From an uncultured Planctomycetota bacterium (lineage in GTDB: Bacteria > Planctomycetota > Planctomycetia > Isosphaerales > Isosphaeraceae): a DNA stretch of 64,000 nt. Positions 54,346 to 64,000 of the stretch are shown one piece after another; position 1 is the stretch's first letter, and each line of letters begins with the position of its first letter. The notes beneath the pieces are model-generated. The model was given only the letters and a program-made list of their open reading frames with translations, was not told where the DNA came from and did not search any database. The stretch lies in assembly GCA_963845755.1 (NCBI GenBank), contig CAWJTV010000047.1, positions 192,001-256,000 of the forward strand. The letters run 5' to 3'. A program made the position numbers and the translations under genes.

Positions 54346-57300
54346 TTACCGATGGCTGACGTCGCGGCTCGATGGGGAATCGATCCCCAGCCGTGCCCGA
54401 CCGGCGCGGACTTCGTCCAGGCGTCGGCGGTACTTGGCGTAGAGCTGGGTGTGACGGCTCTCGGGCCGGATTGGCTCGCCATCGATGAACAGGGCGAGAA
54501 CTTTCGTCGTCGGCTGGAGCATGTGTCCGGCGGTGACCACCAGGTTGGCGCGCTTCCCGGCTTCGATCGACCCGACCTGATCCGCGATACCAAGGATTCG
54601 AGCCGGGGCTAGAGTGACGGCTTGAACGGCCGTGTCTTCGGGGAGTCCGAAAGCGACGGCGGTCGCGGCCTCATAGGGCAGGTTGCGTAAGGCGGTCGCC
54701 GCACTGGGTCCACCACCTTGCGAGCGTATTGCGAAGGCGACGCCGGCCTCGTGGAGTCTTGCCGGTGCCGCGTAGACCGCGTCGTACGGATCCGAGTCCT
54801 TCCTGGGGAGGTGCAGGGTCCCGCTGAGAAGGACCGGGATTTTGGCTTTCTGGAGGGCCTCGACCACCTTCCACGCCTCAGCCGCACCGGAGATCACCGC
54901 CTTGATCTTCAGCGTGCGCGCCAGATCCAGCGCGTCGAGGATCTCGACCTGGTTCTCGGCGTGGAAGATCACCGGCTTCTCGCCGCGGGCGTAGGGGACC
55001 ATGGCTTCCAGCCGGGGATCGGGCTCCGGCGGTACATCACCGTGTTGGCGGGCACCGCGGACCACGGCATCGTAGGCAAGTGCCTTGCGGAAGAACTCCG
55101 TGATGCGGTCAAGTTGCCCCTTTCGCCTGGCGTTCGGGTCGTTGGCCCCGGCGCCGGTGCCCGGCCCGACTCCCGGCCGCCCCGGGCCGAACCGGCGGCC
55201 TTCGGGATTGCGCACGGTATAAGTCGGGATTGTCACGTTCAAGGCGGTGCAATCGGCAACCACCAGCTCTCGCGGCACCCAGCCGTGCAGGTCGATGACA
55301 CAGCCTTGACCCGAGATCACGCCTCCCGAGGGGTGGACGAACGAGGTCAAGATCCCGTTGGCCCGGGTCACGGGGATGTGCTCGCTGTCCGCGCAAAGCG
55401 CCACGCTGCTGCGCAGCTCGGGCTGGAACTGCGCCCATCGGCGAAGTCCTGGGTCTCCCCCAGGCTGCCGACCTCGAAGAGGCCCAGGGTCGAGCCGGCA
55501 TCGACCATTCCCGGCCAGACGTCCAGGCCGCTCAGGTCGATCGTTTGCGCCTCGGGCGGAATCGGGGTGCCGGCCGGGCCGACCGCCGCGATCTTGCCAT
55601 TAGCGACGACCACGGTCCCTCCCTTGATCTCGGGTCCGGCAACCGGGTGGAGATTCGCCCCGACCAGTGCGAAGATCCCCTTCGGCTGGGCCGCGATCTC
55701 GACGGTCCGGTTACGGAGCGGCTCGGGTGACACTGGCATGGCCAGGTGATTGCCGGGCCGGGGCGTCAGCTTGCCTCCCGACTCCCGGCGCTGGAAATAC
55801 ACCTCACCGTCGATCATCGAGAGCTCGCAACGCGAGAACGCGTCGAATGGGTGGGCGTTGAACAGGACAATGTCCGCGTCCTTGCCCACCTCGATCGAGC
55901 CCAACCGATGATCGAGCCCCAGCTCGCGAGCCGGATTGATGGTGATCATCGCCAGCGCCTGGGCCTCGGTGACCCCGCCGTACTTGACCATCTTGGCCGC
56001 CTCGAGGTTCAGGTGCCTCATCAGCTCGGCATCGTCGCTCTTAATACAGACGTTGGCTCCGGCCTCGGTCAGGAGCGCAGCGTTGAACGGGATGGCGTCG
56101 AACGCCTCAACCTTGTACGCCCACCAGTCGGAAAAGGTCGAGGCGCTGGCGCCGTGGGCGGCGATCTCGGCGGCGACCTTGTAGCCTTCCAGGACGTGCT
56201 GAAGCGATTGCACCCGCACGCCGTATTTCTGGGCGATGTTCAGGAGCATCAGGATCTCGTCGCTACGGTAGCAATGGCTATGGATCCGGATCGAGCCTTC
56301 GAGGATGCCGGCGAGCGCCTCGAGCCGCAGATCCATCCGCGGCGGCGGTAGGGGGATATGACTTTTGGAGCCCTTAGCGTTCGACGATTTCTTGTAGGCG
56401 TCCCAGGTGGCGCGATACGCCAACGCCTCCTCGAAGGCCCGCTCGATGACGGCCTCGACCCCCATCCGGGTCGTGGGGAAGCGCGCGGGCCGTCGCCCGA
56501 ACCGCGCCGGGCGGCCCGCGTGACGTTCTCGCCCAGGGCGAACTTCACCCCTTGCGGACCATCGCGGACGATCAGGTCTCGGCCCGCCTTCCCGTATCGT
56601 AACTTGGCCACGGCGTCCTGGCCGCCGATCGTATTGGCCGATCCATGCAATAGACGTGCTGTGGTCGTCCCACCCGCCAGTGCCCGGTAGATCCCGATGT
56701 CCTCGCCGGTGACCACGTCCTTGACGCGGACCTCCGGCACGACCGAGAGGCTCCCCTCGTTGACGCCCCCCTGCACGGCGATGTGCGAGTGGGTGTCGAT
56801 GATTCCGGGCATCGCGACCATTCCGCCGGCGTCGATCACCCGCACGCCTGCGGGAGCGGTAACGTCCTTGCCGACGGCCTTGATCTTCCCCTTCTCGACC
56901 AGGATCGAGCCTTTGGGGATCGTGCCCTGGGTCACGGTCAGGATCGTGGCGTCCTTGATCAGGACGTTGCCGTTGGTATGGATCGTTGGCTTGCGATCCT
57001 CGTCGAGCTCGCTCGCGACATCCACGAACGGCGTGGGCGGAGGCTTGGACGTCTCGGGCTTCGCCGATCCCGGTTTGGCTCCGGACTTCGCCGACTCCGG
57101 CTGGGTCGCGGGCCTCTTTTCCTGGGACTTCGCCACACTTGCCTTCGATTCCGACGGCTCGGTCTTGCTTGGATTGCGTCGCGAGCTGTTTGACCTGCAC
57201 TTGGAGCATCGGCTCTCTTGAGTTTCGTCTCGAGCCGCTTGAGCCGTTCTGGAGCTCGACGACGTCGAGCTCTGCGTTCTTGAGTTCGTCGACTTGCTGT

Positions 57301-59194
57301 TTGAGCTGGTCCCGCAGTCCGGCATCGGTGACCTCCGGCTGTGAATCATAGCCTGGATCTGGTCGATTCTCTTCCGCTGCTCGACCTGCTTCGACTGGAC
57401 CTGCCGGTTTCCTCAAGCTGGTCACTCTGAGCCCGCAACTCCTCGGTTTGCTTCCGGATGTCCTCAGCTTGCTTGTGTAGCTCGCGCCGATCCTGGTCTC
57501 TTTGGCTTGACGGTCGAGTCGATCCGGCGAGTCCTTGCGTTGGTCGGGCGGGCGACTTCCCTTCTTCTTGGATTCAGGTGCCGGCGTTTCGCTTTCCTCA
57601 TCCGGCTCGCTCTTCTCCTCTACGTCCCCACGACCGCCCTGGCGATCGCGGCCCCCGCCAGCTTTCGCCTTGGCCTGGTCGGCATCCTCGGGTTTGATCT
57701 CGAACTTCAGGCCGTCAACGAGGACGTACTTGACCTTCGTCTTCTCGTCGGAGAACGCACCGGTCATCGCGATGACGTGCCCGACCTTGCCGGTCTCGAG
57801 GGTGCCGAGACGGCGGTCAACGCCCGCGATGATTGCGGCGTTCTTTGTCAGCGCCGTGAGGGCATCATCGGCCTTGAGACCCGCTGTGATCACCTGGCGC
57901 AGGTTGGCCGGGACGGTCTCGAGCCGGTCAACCCCGTCGGTGGCGAAGGCGAAGGAGATCCCGGCTTTGGCCAGGACCGCGGCCGTGGCCAGTTGTTCCT
58001 TCCACTGAGTCTTGCGGTGCGCCGACACGCGGATCGGTTCGTCGCGCTCCGAGGCCGCCTTCTTGCGGTATTCCGCCTCGGTGGGAACTTTTGGCTCCTC
58101 GGCCACGTTCAACCGTAGGATAACGGGGACTTTCGTCGCCTTGAGGCGGTCGACGACCTTGGCCGCCTCGCGCCCGCCGACGATCACGGCGGTCGTGCCG
58201 AACTCCTCGGCCAGGTCGAGTGCCCGGTGGATCTCGTCGCGGGTGTTGGCTTCCCACCACACGGCTAGCTTTTTCGATCGTGCGGCCTGGAGAGCCCGGA
58301 GCGCCGGGTCGAATGGCGGCAGCGCGCCGCCATATTGCTCGTGGTAGGCGTCGAGTTTCCGGAGGTGGTCGGCGTCGAGCATGGCCTGGCGAAAGTGGGC
58401 GATCGAGCCCATCAAGACGCGTGGATACGGATTCTCGACCGGACGTGGCGCCTCGCTCATGCGCCGTCGGCCTTGACCAGGTCCGGGACCGGGCTGAGGC
58501 GTCTCGGTGCGGGCTCCCGGCGCCGCCCCGGGCTCGGACGGTGGCGCGAGGTTTACGTGCAGCGCCACGGGCGCGACCACAATCGCCTCCCGGCGCGGCA
58601 GGCCGCTGAGACTCACCAGCGCACTCTGACCGGTCGCGATGGCGCCGGCCGGCGCCGAGAGCAGGTCCGTGAAACCCAGTCAACGCCGTGGTTCGACCAG
58701 CGCGTCGTTCAGCTCGAGCGCGCCGGCAACCTCGAACTCGGGGGTGAGGCCCCGACGGTTGTCCGCCGGTGTGACGATCAGGGCGCATCAGCGATGTCGA
58801 CCGGCCGACCGCGCCCGGTCGCAGACCGCTCGACCCCGGCATGCTGGCCCACTGTCGTGTACAGGTCGATGAACCCGGGATACACCACCAGGCCCTTGCC
58901 AGGGATGCTCTCGGCGTCATACGGGATCGCGACGTCCTTCTCCGGTCCGACCGCCTCGATCACACCACGGCGGACGACGATCGTCCCGGGCTCGAACACC
59001 TTGCCCGGTGCGGCGACCACCTTCGCCCCTTTGATCGCATACGCCACGGGGTACACCCCGGAGCCGAGTCCTCCCGGCTCGTCGGCCGCCACCAGCGACC
59101 GCAACGCCGCCAGGCCCATCCCCACCAGGCACAACACGCCCAGTCTGATCACCAGGCTACGCCAACCAAGCCCCGCCCGTTGCGACCGACTCAT
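54346..59194 (-). CDS. Large secreted protein with three amidohydrolase modules (several frameshifts)
   Basis: Three starts of the fold (VYPGFID, AMPGIIDTHSH, VWPGMVD) and three ends (LGTLETGK, LGSIEVGKDAD, VGSIEAGKRAN), joined across shifts near 58785, 57200-57480, 56520 and 55430. Confidence 0.82.
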
Positions 59195-59444
59195 GATTTG
59201 CGTCCTCAGAGATGCCCGTTGCTCGAAACCACGGCTGTGGGAGAACGTGCCGGAGTCTGCGAACCGGCACGATCGAACTCAGATTGGGATCGGGTGCAGG
59301 GCGGCCGAGAGAGGAAGGCGACCGTCTCGCGCGACGACCGTGCCGATTTTCCAGAAGACCCGCCGATTATAATTGCGTCGCCCGACGGAATCACGGCCCC
59401 AGCGGGTTTTCCAAGAGAGAGGAAAATCGAGTCTGCGATTCTAG

Positions 59445-59532
59445 CGGAGGAGGTGGGATTCAAACCCACGGTACCGCGAAGCGGTACACCGGTTTTCGAG
59501 ACCGGCCCTATCAACCACTCAGGCACCCCTCC
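59445..59532 (-). tRNA. tRNA-Ser(CGA)
   Basis: Acceptor GGAGGGG/CTCCTCC, anticodon arm CCGGT-CTCGAAA-ACCGG, long variable arm GTACCGC-TTC-GCGGTAC, T-arm GTGGG-TTTGAAT-CCCAC, discriminator G, no encoded CCA. Confidence 0.93.
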
Positions 59533-59535
59533 GAT

Positions 59536-60927
<1,392 letters not shown>

Positions 60928-61243
60928 CTATTTTGACGGGCTTTACTGAATTAACAGACAGACCGGCAGGACGCAAGAGTCCAGTGACTCTCATCGTGAG
61001 GCTCACCGACCTGTCCTGCTTCCTTGGCTCGATTGCCCCCGACGCGACCTACAGATGCAATCAGGCACCAATTGATCGAGTCAGCGACTCTCGTCAAGAA
61101 ACCTGAGAAAAAGTAGCCGGACCGTTCTTGTCCGACGCAAGAATAGTCATTACTATAAAGGCGAAGGAAGTGGACTGACTGGTCAGTCCGAAATTTCGAG
61201 AGGCGTTCAGTGGGGTGGAGAACATTTCTTGGAGCGGGCACCG

Positions 61244-61969
61244 ATGAAACGGGACTGGTCGCTGAAACCCAATTTGTTGGAATGCATGCTGGAACGGCGA
61301 ATCGTGCCGGCGATCGCGAATCTGGGGGCGATCGTGCTCACGAATAATGGATACTCGCTGGTGACTCCATTTCCGGGCGCCTCGAATTCCGCCTCGGGTT
61401 CACTGGGCGCTAACAGTAGCGGCGGCTCTTCTGCAGCAGGCGTCAGTGGCGCGGCGGTCCCGACGAGCTTCTATATCACCGGGAATCGCGGGATCTCGAC
61501 CTTCCTGCCGGGGAATTTCACGGGCAACCCGGCCGTCGGCCTCGGAGGGGCAACCGGTGGGTCCGGTGGTGTGGGCCTCTCGATTCAGGTCGGCTCGGGC
61601 TCCGATCAGGCAGGCACATCGGGGTCCACGACCTCGGCATCGTCGCGAACAAATCCCGCACCCGACGGCCGGAACGCACCGATCATGGCTTATATCGGCA
61701 TGCCGACGACGGAAAGCGATACACCAGCGCTTTCCGCCGCCCAGACCGCGGCGAAGGCCCCAGTGCCGGCCCTACCGCCATTAGGCCAGGTGATCGCCGG
61801 CTCACCGATGGGGACTTCGACCGTCGGCATGTTTCCGAACAATCCCCTCAATCCGCAGGCAGGCGCCCCGACGTTCAAACCCGGCATGACGAGCCTGGTA
61901 AGGCCGTTGCCAGGCAGTCTCCAGATCCAGGGCGGTTTGCTCTCCCCCAGTTCGAGCCCGAGTAACTGA
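61244..61969 (+). CDS. Gly/Ser/Pro-rich protein with a planctomycete LEPR-XLL-like N-terminal motif
   Basis: LECMLERRIVPA after a basic N-terminus; low-complexity body; GGAG before ATG 61244. Confidence 0.65.
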   Translation: MKRDWSLKPNLLECMLERRIVPAIANLGAIVLTNNGYSLVTPFPGASNSASGSLGANSSGGSSAAGVSGAAVPTSFYITGNRGISTFLPGNFTGNPAVGLGGATGGSGGVGLSIQVGSGSDQAGTSGSTTSASSRTNPAPDGRNAPIMAYIGMPTTESDTPALSAAQTAAKAPVPALPPLGQVIAGSPMGTSTVGMFPNNPLNPQAGAPTFKPGMTSLVRPLPGSLQIQGGLLSPSSSPSN

Positions 61970-62309
61970 GCGCAGGGCCCGCAACACGTGGGGCCGACGG
62001 CTCATTTTCTCAACGAACCGTGGCGAGGGATCGTCGATCACGCCATCCCTGCGGCGGATTGTGGATCGATGCCACCCAAAAGCCCTAAAAAAGATCGTGG
62101 ACGAGGCGGAAGGGCCTATCGTCAGGCGCGGGGACTTGAGTATACTATGCCACGTCGGAATACGAAGGAGCCTGCGACGTCGATCCTTCGGGACTCTACT
62201 CTCGCCTGCCTCACTCGCCTTCCCACCGGCAGGGCCGCCCGCGTCGGCCCCGATTTGTTCAGACCCCAGTAACGCGAGAAGGGTCACCAACCTCATCTTG
62301 GAGCGGACG

Positions 62310-62669
<360 letters not shown>

Positions 62670-62719
62670 TCGTCCGTCCCTGATTTCCTCCTCGTTTTTC
62701 TTAGACGGGGCTTTCTCTT

Positions 62720-62765
62720 GAGGTCGGCGGCCTTCGTGCTGACGATGACCGCCGCCTTCGTTTGT
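62720..62765 (+). terminator. Possible intrinsic terminator
   Basis: CGGCGG...CCGCCG stem with inner TCGT/ACGA, followed by TTCGTTTGT. Confidence 0.35.
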
Positions 62766-63117
62766 CACAAGGAACGCTCACGGCGTTCGCTCCGCGCCCT
62801 GAGGTCGTCCTGCGAAATCCTTGGTGAGGCTCCCTCTGCGTGCGGGTTCACGCAGTGGGAGTAATTTTCGATCTACTTCCGTCTCACCGAAGTGGGACCC
62901 AGTTGCAGCGTGCCGGCCTCGACGACGAGCGTCTCGATCAAGTGCATGCCATTCACGTGGTGAAGGGCCGTCTCCTGCCCATTGAGCAGGCAGACCACAT
63001 TCGCGGGATGCCGAACCTCGCACACCTTTCGGCGTTGTTCGCGCGTCGAAATCGTCGCTGCGGAAAACCAAACGGAGTTGGCAACTCCTGTCGCGTTGTG
63101 ACATCTCGTCTTGCGAG

Positions 63118-63159
63118 TACACCCAATTGGATTCGAACCAGCAACCTTCGGTTCGGTAG
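63118..63159 (-). other. Degenerate tRNA 3' half (Arg(ACG)-like), probable att site
   Basis: Minus strand CTACCGA-ACCGA-AGGTT-GCTGG-TTCGAAT-CCAAT-TGGGTGT-A. The 5' half is absent. Confidence 0.75.
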
Positions 63160-63336
63160 GCCTGTGACGATTCTGAGAAGTCTAATGGACAATAGGATGC
63201 AATTCTTGTTCGAGTAAAGACTTCCGCACGAAACACTTCCCGGGCCTGGCTCTTGCCACTACCAGAATTTGCAGGCTTTCCGGTCGGTTACAAGGGATTC
63301 TCGGATTAAAAATTCATATTCAGACTTATCATATCT

Positions 63337-63936
63337 TTACTTGAAGTCTTTGACGTCAATTCCGGAAAGCTTGACCATTGCTTCGCAGAGCGCTTTATAC
63401 CGCCGGTATTGGTCGTCTGGCTCAGGGTTCGTGTTGGCGTTGACCGCGTGATACCTGCCCCTCTCTACGCCCTCGACGACGTAGCCGGCACCGTCCGCGA
63501 TACCGTTCGTCCATAATCTGGTTGGCATCGACCAGAACTTTGCATCATTCAAGTAACGTCTCAATTCAGCCCACTGATCTCGAGATAGCTTGATACTCTT
63601 GCGATTTACTGGCTTCCCACCCAAGTATCCGCTGCTAGCGTCGAGTAGGACCGCATAGAGAGTCGCTCCCTCGCCGGAAGCGATGACGCGAATGGCTAGC
63701 GGGCGACGGAAGCTCGGGAGCCAGGTGAAGCGATAAGCGACAGCCTTGGGATCCTTCTGGGAGAGCAACCACAGAGACGGTTCCCTCATTGCGAACAAAT
63801 CCTCCGAATACCATTGGGCGAGAGAGTCATCCTCTCCGGGGTTGTCAATCACACCGTCGGGAAAGTACCTCGAGTCCCGGGGCGCAGAGAGACGTACCCG
63901 AGAATCGATGTACCGCGATGCCGGGTGAGATGCCAC
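63337..63936 (-). CDS. Hypothetical protein, visibly lower GC (start uncertain)
   Basis: 199 aa ORF with globular composition (WYSEDLFAMREPSL, YRFTWLPSF, DGAGYVVEG). Confidence 0.7.
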   Translation of the reverse strand: MASHPASRYIDSRVRLSAPRDSRYFPDGVIDNPGEDDSLAQWYSEDLFAMREPSLWLLSQKDPKAVAYRFTWLPSFRRPLAIRVIASGEGATLYAVLLDASSGYLGGKPVNRKSIKLSRDQWAELRRYLNDAKFWSMPTRLWTNGIADGAGYVVEGVERGRYHAVNANTNPEPDDQYRRYKALCEAMVKLSGIDVKDFK

Positions 63937-64000
63937 GCAGGGCCCCGAGAGCTAGGTTCGCTCATGGGGCACCTCTGATGGATGTGAATTCGAGCGCGCA

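Noticed and set aside
63118..63200. Functional tRNA-Gly(ACC)
   Set aside because: No D-arm or 5' acceptor strand and a mismatched T-stem; better explained as a decayed att fragment.

Overview
GC-rich chromosomal segment from a Planctomycetota bacterium, probably Isosphaeraceae (inferred from two DUF1559 prepilin-like genes, a DUF1549/DUF1553 cytochrome plus DUF1501 pair, ECF sigma factors with C-terminal extensions and Uma2). All family calls are from motif reading and recall; no searches were run. About 45 genes: tyrS, glgX, tadA, tRNA-Ser(CGA), an LpxL-like acyltransferase, a CzcBA-like efflux system, an M16 protease pair, a triple amidohydrolase fusion and an aquaporin. Roughly 20 genes are split by single-base frameshifts, including tadA, which points to consensus errors and not real decay. 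Four loci stand out. (1) 25.4-31.4 kb: tandem membrane-anchored ECF sigma factors whose periplasmic parts resemble export-machine domains (HlyD/MFP-like; Wza-like Poly_export/SLBB), followed by a sigma-less paralog. All three share an upstream motif and a GGAG-N7-ATG in front of a signal-peptide-like segment. (2) 32.3-35.0 kb: a RAYT (HUH/Y1) transposase with 16-bp inverted ends and a 98-bp tandem duplication, a REPIN-like palindrome joining a truncated IS110-like gene to a truncated glycosyltransferase-TPR gene, and a separate 717-bp element with 33-bp inverted repeats. (3) 2.4-10.3 kb: an ECF-centred cluster of PEP-CTERM, DUF4331, TPR and DUF1559 genes. (4) 63.1 kb: a degenerate tRNA 3' half marking a probable island boundary. 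No CRISPR array or rRNA was seen.
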